Source of the DNA: an uncultured Poribacteria bacterium
GTDB lineage: Bacteria > Poribacteria > WGA-4E > WGA-3G
DNA length: 64,000 nt
Assembly (NCBI GenBank): GCA_958296135.2
Contig: CATQHZ020000001.1
Coordinates: 1,056,001 to 1,120,000, forward strand
Direction: 5' to 3'
Positions 31,138 to 41,189 of the stretch are shown piece by piece. The number at the start of each line of letters is the position of its first letter. The first letter of the stretch is position 1. A program made the position numbers and the translations under genes. The notes beneath the pieces are model-generated. The model saw only the letters and a program-made list of their open reading frames with translations, was not told the origin of the DNA and made no database searches.

Positions 31138-31173
31138 AAAAAAAGGCACCTCGGCGCGTTTCGCCGAGGTGCC
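31138..31173 (-). terminator. Intrinsic terminator after the ECF sigma gene
   Basis: GGCACCTCGGCG...CGCCGAGGTGCC stem followed by T7 on the minus strand. Confidence 0.8.
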
Positions 31174-31202
31174 AGTTTGTTCAGCGGTGTTCGTCACGCA
31201 GA

Positions 31203-31799
31203 CTAGACTTCGTTTGCGCGATAAGGCGCTAACATCTTACGGAGCTGCCGGATTGCGGCGTTTTTGCGGGATGCCACCGTGCCAATCGGGCATTGGACGA
31301 TGTCCGCGACTTCTTGGTACGACAACCCTTCCAGTTCTGTTAGTTGAAACACCACTTTTTGTTCTTGCGACAGTTTGTTGATTGCAGCGTGGATTTTCTC
31401 GCGCGTTTCCCGGGCAATGATGATTGTTTCCGGGGAGTAGTGCGTATCTGCAATTGCTGTCGCGATTGGGCGGGAGTCGCCCTCATCGTCTTCATCGAAG
31501 GATGCGTCCAACGATTCAAAATGCGGGGTCCGCTGTTCTTTCGCCAGTTGCTTCAAGCAGACGTTCTTGGCGATGTGATAGAGAAACGTGCGGAATTTGG
31601 CGAGTGGCCGGTAGTTTGGCACGCTGCGCCAGAGTCGGAGAAACGTTTCTTGACAGAGGTCTTCCGCGAGCTGCCGGTTTTTGACAAACCGATAGATAAA
31701 GTTTAGGGTGTTTGAATAGTGCCGTTCCGTTAGAATTTCAAATGCGTCTCTGTCGCCTTCTTTGACAGATAGCATCAACTGTTCGTCAGTTTGCTGCAT
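31203..31799 (-). CDS. ECF-type sigma-70 factor
   Basis: GDRDAFEIL, AEDLCQETFLRLW, EGLSYQEVADIVQCPIGTVASR. Confidence 0.92.
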   Translation of the reverse strand: MQQTDEQLMLSVKEGDRDAFEILTERHYSNTLNFIYRFVKNRQLAEDLCQETFLRLWRSVPNYRPLAKFRTFLYHIAKNVCLKQLAKEQRTPHFESLDASFDEDDEGDSRPIATAIADTHYSPETIIIARETREKIHAAINKLSQEQKVVFQLTELEGLSYQEVADIVQCPIGTVASRKNAAIRQLRKMLAPYRANEV

Positions 31800-31823
31800 G
31801 CTTGTCTCCTCGGTGAGGAGCGT

Positions 31824-32060
31824 TCAAGCGAAGGCGGGCCAACCTCCCTTCTTTCTGTAGTTGTGGTGGGTGCCTGCTCGTTCGCTCCCGGTTCGGTACC
31901 GTCTCCGTTGTTTCAGAGCGGGCTGCGCTTTGAAGCGTTGCCCTAAGCAAGTTCCGGTCCCAATAAGGCGCGCCTGTTCGTCTTCTGACGCGGCGCGGTA
32001 TTCCTGCACGCCTGCCTTCGGCGGTAGTGCCTCCGTGAAAAACTCAATGTACTGACGCAT
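31824..32060 (-). CDS. Small hypothetical protein upstream of the ECF sigma gene
   Basis: Strong RBS AAGGAGGT, 78 codons, co-oriented. No recognised motif. Confidence 0.5.
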   Translation of the reverse strand: MRQYIEFFTEALPPKAGVQEYRAASEDEQARLIGTGTCLGQRFKAQPALKQRRRYRTGSERAGTHHNYRKKGGWPAFA

Positions 32061-32368
32061 TTTTGACCTCCTTCGTCTTTAGGTTTAGCTTACGTGAAGT
32101 TAAAAAAAATAATCGGTTTATTCCGAACAGATGGGCGGATATGAACGACATCCGCGCTTACCGTCAGGCGCAATGGCTGCAGTGACGCTGCAGGCAGCCC
32201 GGGAACATTGTCCGAGTGATTACTAAAACTTCATCCGGGCCCAATTCATTCAAAGTCGCGATGTTTTCGTGTATCGCGCCTATAGGTTTTCGATCTGACT
32301 AAAAAACACTAGAACCTTTAACCCACTTGTTTTGAAAAAATTCATTTAAAATGAAAAAAGTTGTTTTT

Positions 32369-33496
32369 TTAAGCTGCGCCGTTTGCATCGTGCTGCATTT
32401 GCGGCTGAAATGGTGTCAGCGGCAGCGATGTCTCCTCTGTCGTCAACAATTCCGCGATGAGCTGCCCTGTAATCGGCGCGAGGAGGATGCCGTTTTTGAA
32501 GTGGCCGGATGCCAATACGACGTTCTCATGTCCCGGCAAATAGCCAAGGAGGGGCCCCTTTTTCGCGTAGGGCCGTAGTCCTACCCACGTTTGCACAAAG
32601 GTGCTTTGCGCGAGAGCCGGTGCGATGCCAATCCCCGCATCGATAAGCTGCTTAACCGCGTCCACCGTTGTGCTTTTATCGTAGCCGGCGAATTCAACCG
32701 TTGCGCCGATGAGGAGTTTTCCGTCTGCGCGCGGCACGAGGTAAACGCCGAGCCCGTCGATTGGCCGGTGGAAGAGCGGTGGCATCGCCTCGACGAGGAC
32801 GATTTGCCCTTTCGCCGGCACGATGGGTATCGGACAGCCGAGCATCCCGATGACGGCCCCTGCCCAACACCCGGCGGCAATGACAAAGGTGTCTGCATAA
32901 ATGCGTTCGCCGTTGACGACGGTGGCGACGACGCGCCCGTGTTCTCGGATGAACTCGGCGGCAGGATTGCCTAATTTGAACCGCGTTCCGAGTTGCGCAG
33001 CCCCCTTCGCGAACGCCGTAACTAGTTTTGGGTTGCGCACTTGTGCATCTTCTGGGAATAGCACTGCGCTCTGAATAGAGGTTGAGAGTGCTGGTTCTAA
33101 GCGCAGTGCCTCTTCGGCTGTCAAGACCTGGGCTGAAAAGCCGCGGTTCACCCGCCGTTCGGCTAACCCGATTAATCCTGCTGCCTCATCAGGATGAAAG
33201 ATGGCAGACAGCGTGCCGGCTTGAATGAACTCAATATCTATCTGCGTTTCCGCTTTGAGTTCTGCTGCGAGTGCGGGGTAGAGCGCGAGGCTTGCGCGGC
33301 ACAGCGTGGGGTACGGTTCATGCGTTGAGGCGTGCGAGGTGAGAATTCCTGCGCCTGCCCAGGATGCTTCCGTGCCAACGCGCGGTGCTTTATCAATGAC
33401 GAGCGTGTTTACGTCCCGCTTGGCGAGATTGTAGGCGATGGCACATCCGATAATGCCACCCCCGATGATGACTACGTCTGCTTGATTCCGGGCCAA
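32369..33496 (-). CDS. thiO: Glycine oxidase ThiO-like FAD-dependent oxidoreductase
   Basis: IIGGGIIG, ASWAGAGIL, PAKGQ, GLRP, GHFKNGILLAP. TTG start at 33496 with GGAGG RBS. Confidence 0.85.
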   Translation of the reverse strand: MARNQADVVIIGGGIIGCAIAYNLAKRDVNTLVIDKAPRVGTEASWAGAGILTSHASTHEPYPTLCRASLALYPALAAELKAETQIDIEFIQAGTLSAIFHPDEAAGLIGLAERRVNRGFSAQVLTAEEALRLEPALSTSIQSAVLFPEDAQVRNPKLVTAFAKGAAQLGTRFKLGNPAAEFIREHGRVVATVVNGERIYADTFVIAAGCWAGAVIGMLGCPIPIVPAKGQIVLVEAMPPLFHRPIDGLGVYLVPRADGKLLIGATVEFAGYDKSTTVDAVKQLIDAGIGIAPALAQSTFVQTWVGLRPYAKKGPLLGYLPGHENVVLASGHFKNGILLAPITGQLIAELLTTEETSLPLTPFQPQMQHDANGAA

Positions 33497-33540
33497 AGCG
33501 TCCTCCGAATGATAAAAGCATTGATTTTCGCGGTAAGAAT

Positions 33541-33616
33541 AGTTTAACATAAAAGAAGGGATTTGTCAAACTTTTGAAAAACTTTGCTTGAAATTTAAGA
33601 GGGTTTCGGGTATAAT
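33541..33616. promoter_or_regulatory. Divergent sigma-70 promoters (thiO and eutN)
   Basis: Minus: TTGACA-N17-TAAACT (33569-33541). Plus: TTGAAA-N17-TATAAT (33588-33616). Confidence 0.6.
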
Positions 33617-33766
33617 TTTGACGCGCGGGAAGGATATCGGGACAAGGATGTCCCGCCTACCGGCATCGGTTCGGGTATAATAGGGTATCGGGACAAGGAT
33701 GCCCCGCCTACCGGATAGGGAGTTTGGAATTTGCGAAGTCCTGAACGAAAAAAAGGAATTTTTTTT

Positions 33767-34054
33767 ATGATACTTGGAAAAGTTACGGGGACAGTTGTCG
33801 CGACGCAAAAAGACGAAAAACTCGTCGGCAGCAAGTTGATGATTGTCCAAGATGTGGATTTAGATGGCGAATTAGACCGGAAGTATACCGTTGCAGTGGA
33901 CGCGGTGGGCGCGGGTATCGGGGAGATAGTCCTCGTGGCAACGGGCAGTTCGGCACGGCAGACACGGGTGACAGCCAATAAGCCGGTAGACGCGGTTATC
34001 ATGGCAATTGTGGATACCGTGGAAGTCTGCGGGAAAGTTCGGTACCAGAAGTAG
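33767..34054 (+). CDS. eutN: EutN/CcmL family bacterial microcompartment vertex protein (BMC-P)
   Basis: MILGKVTGTVVATQKDEKLVGSKLMIV, VAVDAVGAGIGEIVL, GSSAR, PVDAVIMAIVD. Confidence 0.93.
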   Translation: MILGKVTGTVVATQKDEKLVGSKLMIVQDVDLDGELDRKYTVAVDAVGAGIGEIVLVATGSSARQTRVTANKPVDAVIMAIVDTVEVCGKVRYQK

Positions 34055-34063
34055 CGAGAAGCA

Positions 34064-34173
34064 TCGAGACGCGGGAGCATCGAGACGCGGGAGGGCTCGC
34101 CTACAAGGGGGCATCGAGATGCGGGAGGGCTCGCCTACGGTATTGCATCGAGACGCGGGAGGGCTCGCCTACA
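34064..34173. repeat. REP array (TCGAGACGCGGGAGGGCTCGCCTAC)
   Basis: Three full copies plus a partial copy. Two related copies at 33637-33711. Confidence 0.82.
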
Positions 34174-34199
34174 AGAAGGAGGCATTAGGGAGGTACCAA

Positions 34200-34862
34200 A
34201 TGATGTCAAAGATGACGACAACAGAGAAATACTTCACAACCGTAAAACAGGTGCCTGTCTCTCGCCATGCGTCAACACCAAGACGGGAGATGCTTCGTGC
34301 TGAGACGCTTCGCCGCCGCGAGCAACTTCCTTCCGGGCTGCGCGCAACACTGAGCCAGCGGATTGCCTTTCACGTTGACGAGTGGATGCAAACTGGTTCG
34401 GCGGCATCGTGCGCCTACACGCGAGTGATGGTGTATCTGAGCATGGGAAGCGAAGTTGAGACTATCGGTTTGCTTGAGCAACTGCTTCGTGGCGGAGCCC
34501 AGGTCTGCGCGCCGGTAGTCAATATGCAGCGTCGGCAACTTATCCCCCGGCAGATTTGTGATGTGAGAACCGACTTGGTTCGTCACTCTTACGGCATGTT
34601 GGAGCCGAAAGAAGCCTGTCCGATCGTTTCACCGGCGCAACTGCAGCTTGTCTTCGTCCCTGGCATCGCCTTTGATAGCCGAGGCTATCGGCTCGGTTAT
34701 GCCAAAGGGTTCTACGACAGGTTTCTCCCGCGGTGCCCGAATGCCGTTGCGGTGGGGCTCGCTTATCAGGTGCAGTTGGTTGCGGATATTTTCCCGCAAT
34801 CGTGGGATGTGCCGGTGCGTCGCATTTTCACAGAGAACGGGCAGCTTATTCCACGCCGATAA
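34200..34862 (+). CDS. 5-formyltetrahydrofolate cyclo-ligase
   Basis: SEV, YGMLEP, VPGIAFDSRGYRLGYAKGFYDRFL, WDVPV. Confidence 0.9.
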   Translation: MMSKMTTTEKYFTTVKQVPVSRHASTPRREMLRAETLRRREQLPSGLRATLSQRIAFHVDEWMQTGSAASCAYTRVMVYLSMGSEVETIGLLEQLLRGGAQVCAPVVNMQRRQLIPRQICDVRTDLVRHSYGMLEPKEACPIVSPAQLQLVFVPGIAFDSRGYRLGYAKGFYDRFLPRCPNAVAVGLAYQVQLVADIFPQSWDVPVRRIFTENGQLIPRR

Positions 34863-35280
34863 AAGGCCGCAATTTCTCCAACGTCTTCTTGCTGATTCCC
34901 CTGACATTTTGGAGGGAGTTTACGGTGGCGAAGTTCCCGTGCTGTTCGCGGTATTGGACAATCCTCTGTGCTATCCGTGGTCCGATTTTTGGGAGTGTCT
35001 CAAGTTCTGCGGCAGTGGCGGTGTTAATATTGAGGTGCTGTGACTGAGAGCGTTTTTCTGTAGCCTTCGGTGCGGGCTCCCGAGCGCGATGCTCCTGGGT
35101 AGGAGCCGTTTTCTGAGTGCGATGCCTCTCTGCCTCTGGCGGCGTGGCGATGAGCTCTGGTTTGCCAAGGAACAGCCCCGGATTGAACCGCCGCAAACCC
35201 CAGAACCCGCTCCCGGCTAAAATGAGGAGCACCAGAAACGTCACCGCTCTCCAGTAATGACGTTCAACAAGGTTATCCAC
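34846..35280 (-). CDS. comEA: ComEA-like helix-hairpin-helix DNA-binding membrane protein
   Basis: TM helix plus LNINTATAAELETLPKIGPRIAQRIVQYREQHGNF...VRGIS. Confidence 0.85.
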   Translation of the reverse strand: MDNLVERHYWRAVTFLVLLILAGSGFWGLRRFNPGLFLGKPELIATPPEAERHRTQKTAPTQEHRAREPAPKATEKRSQSQHLNINTATAAELETLPKIGPRIAQRIVQYREQHGNFATVNSLQNVRGISKKTLEKLRPFIGVE

Positions 35281-35354
35281 GTTCGTTTTCCTCCCTTAGC
35301 ATCAATAGCGTCGATGAGGGCTCTGGTAGGTTGGTGTTGAAGTTTCGGAGCCCT

Positions 35355-37061
35355 TCAACGAACGCCTTGCGAAATACGAAAAACTTGATTTGATGGGACA
35401 TTTTGGAAGTTCTGTTTTGCGCCGTTTTGCCACGAGACTTCAACGTTGTCCACACGCTCGTGCGCGCCAATGCCGAAATGAAGTTTGAGTTCCCGCTGTG
35501 AGAGGTAGCCGTCCCCACTCCGCACTTCTTGCGTTTGGGTGATATTTCCGGATGTGACTTTGACGCGCGTCCCGATTGCCTTCGCTGGTAATCGGATTTG
35601 CAGCCAATTGTTTCGATTTCCGCCCTCGTTTCGCAGCAGGCGAGGCGGCGTATTAGCATTGGTGACGAAGATATCAATGTCGCCATCCAAGTCGTAGTCG
35701 GCGAATGTGGCACCGCGGCTGACATCCTCGAATTGCAGTCCCTCGCCTAGCAATTCAGAGACTTCCGTAAACGTGCCATCGTGCTGGTTTTGGAAAATCA
35801 GGTTGCGCTGCCCGTAGGTGCCTTCCTGCCCGAGTGCCGCTAGATTCTCGTGTAGGTGCCCGTTAGCGACAAAAATGTCGTGATACCCATCGTTATCGTA
35901 ATCAATAAACGCCGTTGCCCAGCCGAGATACGGATAGGTAATCTGCGCTGTTTTTGTGGTGGCAGTCGCATCCGTGAAGAAGCCGTCGCCGTCGTTGTGG
36001 TAGAGCGTATTCGTCTGCTCGGCATAGTTGGTGACGGTGAGATCCAACCATCCATCGTTATCCCAATCGCCGAACGTGGTGCCCATTCCGTTTTCGGCGG
36101 CACCATTTTCGCTGAGTGCGACACCGAGCATAAACCCCACTTCCTCAAAAGTGCCATCGCCGTTATTGCGGTAAAAGAGATTTTCGGTTGAATCGTTGGC
36201 GACGTAGATATCCGGCGCGCCATCGTTGTTATAGTCACCCCACACAACGCCGAGCCCTTTGCCGGTAGTGTTGTAAATGCCAGCGGATTTCGTCACGTCT
36301 GTGAACGTGCCGTCGCCGTTGTTGCGGAAGAGCGTATCCGATTGCGCCGGGAAGTTATCGGGTTCACAATAAGCCCGGATGCCTTTCTCCTTAAGTCCGC
36401 ACCATGGGTTCTCCTCAATGCTGAAGACAATATAGTTGACGACGTAAAGATCGAGGTGGCCATCGCTGTCGTAGTCGGCGAAGGCGCAGCTGGTGCTCCA
36501 GCGCGGTTCGGCGACACCCGCCTTTTCGGTGACATCGGTGAACGTTCCATCGCCATTGTTCCGATAAAGCCGATTTTTCCCGTAGTTTGTGACGTAGAGG
36601 TCTGGGTATCCATCGTTATCGTAATCCCCCACTGCGCAGCCATGTCCATAACCGGTATCGGCGACACCCGCGCTTTCGGTGACATCGGTGAACGTGCCAT
36701 CGCCGTTGTTTTGGAAGAGGGAATTCGTTGGGCGGAAACTATAGAAATCCGCCCTTACAGTGGGTGGCAGCATCTGTCCGGATAGTTGACTGGCATGCTG
36801 CCTGACAGATGCCTCGTAACCGGGGAGCGGCGCGCCGTTGACGAGATACAAATCCGGGTCTGCATCTAAATCGTAGTCAAAAAACGCGGCACCTGAGCCG
36901 AGTGTCTCCATGAAGTATTTTTGTCCGCTGCGGCCGTCTATGTGCGTCCAGTGGATGCCAGCTTCGTGCGTTACATCGGTAAATTGGAGTGCTGTGTTTG
37001 CAAGGACGAGGGATGTCAACAGTAGGTGCAAGAGCAGGAGGGTTGTAAGGAAACGGAGCAT
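35355..37061 (-). CDS. CRTAC1/ASPIC-UnbV family FG-GAP repeat protein
   Basis: Signal peptide, repeated DYDNDG/RNNGDGTF, LHFGIG. Paralog of 15653-17335. Confidence 0.9.
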   Translation of the reverse strand: MLRFLTTLLLLHLLLTSLVLANTALQFTDVTHEAGIHWTHIDGRSGQKYFMETLGSGAAFFDYDLDADPDLYLVNGAPLPGYEASVRQHASQLSGQMLPPTVRADFYSFRPTNSLFQNNGDGTFTDVTESAGVADTGYGHGCAVGDYDNDGYPDLYVTNYGKNRLYRNNGDGTFTDVTEKAGVAEPRWSTSCAFADYDSDGHLDLYVVNYIVFSIEENPWCGLKEKGIRAYCEPDNFPAQSDTLFRNNGDGTFTDVTKSAGIYNTTGKGLGVVWGDYNNDGAPDIYVANDSTENLFYRNNGDGTFEEVGFMLGVALSENGAAENGMGTTFGDWDNDGWLDLTVTNYAEQTNTLYHNDGDGFFTDATATTKTAQITYPYLGWATAFIDYDNDGYHDIFVANGHLHENLAALGQEGTYGQRNLIFQNQHDGTFTEVSELLGEGLQFEDVSRGATFADYDLDGDIDIFVTNANTPPRLLRNEGGNRNNWLQIRLPAKAIGTRVKVTSGNITQTQEVRSGDGYLSQRELKLHFGIGAHERVDNVEVSWQNGAKQNFQNVPSNQVFRISQGVR

Positions 37062-37066
37062 AATAT

Positions 37067-37275
37067 CTATCGTTTGAAAAAACTTATCAACAAACTTCCG
37101 ATGAGAACGACGGGGCTAATGGCGATTGCAATGTTCGCGACAATTCAGAGCGTCCCTCTAATTTGCCTTGGATCCAACTCACGTCTTGCTCAAGCGCGCC
37201 GAGCTGCCTGTTGACACGTTCTTCCATGCGTTCCATCCATTTTGGGGCGTGTTGCTGGAATTCTTGGTTTTCCAT
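37067..37275 (-). pseudogene. Small coiled-coil protein with a C-terminal TM helix, apparently frameshifted
   Basis: MENQEF...WIQGKLEGRSE in one frame, hydrophobic tail IVANIAIAISPVVLIGSLLISFFKR-stop in another. Confidence 0.5.
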
Positions 37276-37357
37276 TATGATTTCTCCGTCGCGATGCGCG
37301 CTGGGTATGTCCCACAAAAAGAGTATACGATATTCCGAGCAAAAAATCAACTCTTTT

Positions 37358-39025
37358 TTACTTTTTTGGCCGATTCGCTTTCTGATCTTCCACAATTTCT
37401 GCTAAAGTTTGGCGGAAAGCCTCATGTTGCGGCGACATTTTAATCGCCGCATGAATTGCCTTGAATGCTTGTTGATGTTCACCGGCTTGAGCATATGCCA
37501 ACGCGAGCGTCTGTAAATATTGCGGTGCTGGTGCCAAACGGAACGCTTTTTGGGCAAAGGCGATGGCCTCTTGTATCTGGACTTTCTCCTGAATATAGAG
37601 CCTTGCCAGTCCGTTGAGCGCGTAGTGCGCTGCTGCATCTAGCGTTAACGCCGCCTGATACGCCGAGATTGCTGCGTCACTCTCGCCGCGGCGGTGGTGG
37701 ATAGCGGCAATGCCGGCCTGCGCTGTCGCTAACGAAGCGTCAAGCGCGAGAGCCGTCTGGTATTCAGCGAACGCCTTATCCAACTGTGCTTGTAGATAGT
37801 AGACTGCGGCTAAACCGGCGTGCGGCGCGGCGTGAGTTGGCGCGAGCGCGATTGCCTCAAGATAGGCGGTTTCGGCTTCTTGAAATCTGCGTTCGCGAAA
37901 GAACAGTTTTCCGAGTTTGTAGAACGCGGCGGCGCGGTAATCTTTAGCGGGGGCCGATGTCCCGCCTCCTGCGGCATGGAGCCTTATCGTTTCCCGATAC
38001 GCCGCAATCGCCTTATCGAATTTCCCATATTTTTCGTAGGTTATCGCTAGTTGATACTGCTTTTGCGGATTGCTGGGTTCATTGAGGGTTGCGCGCTCAC
38101 GCGTGTCGATTTCTTGCGCGATGGCGTTTAATCGGCGGTAGGTTTCCATTGCGCGTTTTCCCTGTTCCACCTGCTTCAGTCGGAATAGGGCTTGCGCGAG
38201 GTTGTAGTAGGCACCGACATGTTCTGCTTGTTGCGCGATGACGATGCGGTATGCCTCGGCGGCGCGCTGAAATTCGCGCTTCTTTGTGAGGATTAAGCCG
38301 AGTCTGTAACGGGCGGCAGTGAAATCGGGATTGAGCCGGATTGCGTTCTCCAACAGCGGTTGTGCCTTGTCCAATTCCCCTTGTTGCTGATAGATGGCAC
38401 CCAAGTTGCCGTTCGCCATCGGGAGTTCGGGCTGCAAAGTTAACGCCGCTTTGTAATAGCGAATTGCTTCCTCTTGCCTGTCTACCGCTTCATAACATGA
38501 GGCGAGGTTCGTCAGCGCCGCCGCTAACTTCGGGGAACGGCGGAGGCACTCGTGATACGCCTCGAGCGCATCTGAAAACCGGTCTGCCTGCTGATAGGCA
38601 GCTGCCAGGCCAAGCCGTACCTGCAGTGCATCCGGGTGCTGTCGGATGAGTTTCTGGTAGAGCCGGATAGCGTTATCCACACGTTCGGTTTTTGTATAGA
38701 GGCGCGCGAGATTCGCCGCCGCTTGTAGGTGCTGGCTCTCTATCTTCAGTGCCTGTTTCAGTGCCGCTTCTGCCTTAACAAACTCGCCGATTTGTAAGTG
38801 AACTGTGCCGAGGGCGGCGTGCGCCTTGGCGGAGCCTGCGTCTAGTGCTATTGCCTGCTGAAAATGGTGAAGTGCCTGCGCGTATTGGCCTCGGCGGGCT
38901 GCTTGCGTGCCGCGCGTGTAAAAATCTTCTGGAGATTGCGCGGTTGCGTTCCCCAAAATGAGCCAGAGAAAAATGGCGATTTTTGTCTTTCGCAAAGCGT
39001 TTGATAACATTTTCTGTGCAATCAT
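37358..39025 (-). CDS. Secreted multi-TPR protein
   Basis: Signal-like N-terminus and more than ten TPR motifs. Confidence 0.9.
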   Translation of the reverse strand: MIAQKMLSNALRKTKIAIFLWLILGNATAQSPEDFYTRGTQAARRGQYAQALHHFQQAIALDAGSAKAHAALGTVHLQIGEFVKAEAALKQALKIESQHLQAAANLARLYTKTERVDNAIRLYQKLIRQHPDALQVRLGLAAAYQQADRFSDALEAYHECLRRSPKLAAALTNLASCYEAVDRQEEAIRYYKAALTLQPELPMANGNLGAIYQQQGELDKAQPLLENAIRLNPDFTAARYRLGLILTKKREFQRAAEAYRIVIAQQAEHVGAYYNLAQALFRLKQVEQGKRAMETYRRLNAIAQEIDTRERATLNEPSNPQKQYQLAITYEKYGKFDKAIAAYRETIRLHAAGGGTSAPAKDYRAAAFYKLGKLFFRERRFQEAETAYLEAIALAPTHAAPHAGLAAVYYLQAQLDKAFAEYQTALALDASLATAQAGIAAIHHRRGESDAAISAYQAALTLDAAAHYALNGLARLYIQEKVQIQEAIAFAQKAFRLAPAPQYLQTLALAYAQAGEHQQAFKAIHAAIKMSPQHEAFRQTLAEIVEDQKANRPKK

Positions 39026-39302
39026 GTCTCTCTCCGTATATCTGTGACTAGGTTTTCGGTACGAACCTAGGTATGATGATAACCGTTTCGCGTCTGTTTG
39101 TCAAGTGGGCAAGACCATTTCGTTTTCCCAGTAGGCGAGCCCTCCCGGTCTTGACTCATTCTGACCGGCGGGCGGGTATAGAAAACCGCTTTTGCAGAAA
39201 ATCCAAAACTAGATGACGCTGTCAAGTGGGGAAAATGATTTGATTTTTCCCCGATTCCGTGTATAATAATGAGAGCAACATCCTCAAAAAATGGAAGAAA
39301 AC

Positions 39303-41189
39303 ATGGAACAAACAGACACAAAAGAGGTTAGCGGGCTTGAAGCCCAACGCGCTGAAATGAAAGGCATCGCAAAATGGATTTTTGAAATAGGCGCGGTCTG
39401 CCTCGTCCTTTTTTATATCTATAGCGCAGGCTTCGGGACAGCGGCGGAGCAATATCATCTCGGTTTCTATCTGATTGTCACTTACGCGCTGATCGGACTG
39501 TTCTATAAGTTTGGTCCGAAGTCGCCTGATGCGCGGCCATCCGTGGTGGATATATTGCTAGTCGCGCTGAGTGTCTTGTCGGTGGGTTATTGGATAGTAG
39601 AATACCCCGATTTAGCAAACCGAGCGGGTGCGTATACGCGTTTGGATATTGCGATGGGCGCGGTGGCTATCATTGTCAGCATTGAAGTGAGCCGCCGCAC
39701 GGTAGGATGGGGGCTGCCTATCATCGCTGCTGTGGGCATTTTATATGCGCTGTTCGGCCGCGCCATGCCAGAAGCAATTGCGCACAAAGGTTTTACGCTG
39801 CGGCGGGTTATTGAGTATTGCTTTTTCAGCCAGGCCGGTATCTTCGGTATCATGGCGAACGTGATGGCAACCTACGTTATCCTCTTCATTTTCTTCGGTG
39901 CGTTTTTAGAGAGATCTGGTGTTGGGCAATTTTTCATCAATCTTCCGATGTCACTTGCTGGCCGCTCCATCGGGGGCGCGGCGAAAGTTTCTGTCGTTAC
40001 CTCCGGATTCTTCGGTTCTGTCGCGGGGAGTGCTATCGCGAACACCGTGACAACCGGTACGTTTACGATTCCGTTGATGAAGCGGACCGGCTTCCGCCCG
40101 CATGTTGCAGGCGCGGTAGAGGCATCTGCATCCGTCGGTGGGCAGTTCTTACCGCCTGTCATGGGCGCGGGCGCGTTTCTGATGGCGGAACGGACAGGTT
40201 TGCCGTACAGCCACATCGCGCTCATCTCTATTGTGCCCGCAATCCTCTATTTCTTATCTGTCTGGGTGATGGTGCATTTTGAGGCGAAAAAAGAGGGATT
40301 GGCGCGTATTCCTGCTTCAGAGATACCCAAACTCTCCGTGCTGCTCAAAACGAACTGGTATTACCTTTTGCCGCTGCTCACCCTTATCGGTATGCTGCTT
40401 GCCAAGCATACCGCCTACAACTCGGCGTTCTACGCGATTCTCGTCACGATAGGCGTGAGTTACTTCCGTCCCGAAACGCGCTTAACACCGAGGCGTATCT
40501 GGGGTGCTATGGTTACCGGTGCGAAGAATTCACTGGCTATCGGCGGGGCTGTCGGCACTATCGGCATTATTGTCGCAGTCATCGATTTGACAGGTTTGGG
40601 ACGGATTTTTCCAGATCTGGTGCTATCTGTCGCCGGGGATAGCCGCTTTATCGCTGTATTGCTCCTCGCCGCGGCATCGCTAGTTTTGGGGATGGGCATT
40701 CCTGTCACCGCCGCCTATCTGATTACGTCTGAGCTTGCTGTGCCGATTCTGACGAACCCCGAGCTCGGCGTGTCCGTTATTGCGGCGCACCTGATCATCT
40801 TCTGGCTGAGCCAAGATTCTAATATCACGCCGCCGGTTGCCCTAGGTGCGTATGCAGGAGCCGCCATCGCCCGGGCAGACCCGTGGCAAACCGGCTGGTC
40901 CTGTTTCAAGTTCGCTAAGCTCTTATACGTGATGCCGCTGCTATTTGCGTATACGCACATTTTGCTTGGCGGGACGCTTGCCCAAAATGTATTATCTATC
41001 GTCACGGCTGTCGTGGGGACACTCATTTTTTCCATGGTGACGATGGGCTATTTTGTGCGGAAGACGCATTGGTATGAGTGGATATTGCTCGCGCTGGCGG
41101 CGTTCCTCGCGTATGTCTACAACATTTGGGCGTTCATGATTTCGCTGGCGATAGTTGGCATTATCTATTTTCTGCAAAAACGTGTGTAA
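39303..41189 (+). CDS. TRAP transporter fused 4TM/12TM permease (TAXI type)
   Basis: GSAIANTVTTGTFTIPLMK, EASASVGGQFLPPVMGAGAFLM, LGMGIP, ITPPV. Confidence 0.93.
   Translation: MEQTDTKEVSGLEAQRAEMKGIAKWIFEIGAVCLVLFYIYSAGFGTAAEQYHLGFYLIVTYALIGLFYKFGPKSPDARPSVVDILLVALSVLSVGYWIVEYPDLANRAGAYTRLDIAMGAVAIIVSIEVSRRTVGWGLPIIAAVGILYALFGRAMPEAIAHKGFTLRRVIEYCFFSQAGIFGIMANVMATYVILFIFFGAFLERSGVGQFFINLPMSLAGRSIGGAAKVSVVTSGFFGSVAGSAIANTVTTGTFTIPLMKRTGFRPHVAGAVEASASVGGQFLPPVMGAGAFLMAERTGLPYSHIALISIVPAILYFLSVWVMVHFEAKKEGLARIPASEIPKLSVLLKTNWYYLLPLLTLIGMLLAKHTAYNSAFYAILVTIGVSYFRPETRLTPRRIWGAMVTGAKNSLAIGGAVGTIGIIVAVIDLTGLGRIFPDLVLSVAGDSRFIAVLLLAAASLVLGMGIPVTAAYLITSELAVPILTNPELGVSVIAAHLIIFWLSQDSNITPPVALGAYAGAAIARADPWQTGWSCFKFAKLLYVMPLLFAYTHILLGGTLAQNVLSIVTAVVGTLIFSMVTMGYFVRKTHWYEWILLALAAFLAYVYNIWAFMISLAIVGIIYFLQKRV

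Noticed and set aside
34055-34199. 6S RNA expected upstream of 5-formyl-THF cyclo-ligase
   Set aside because: The spacer is short and fully explained by REP copies.
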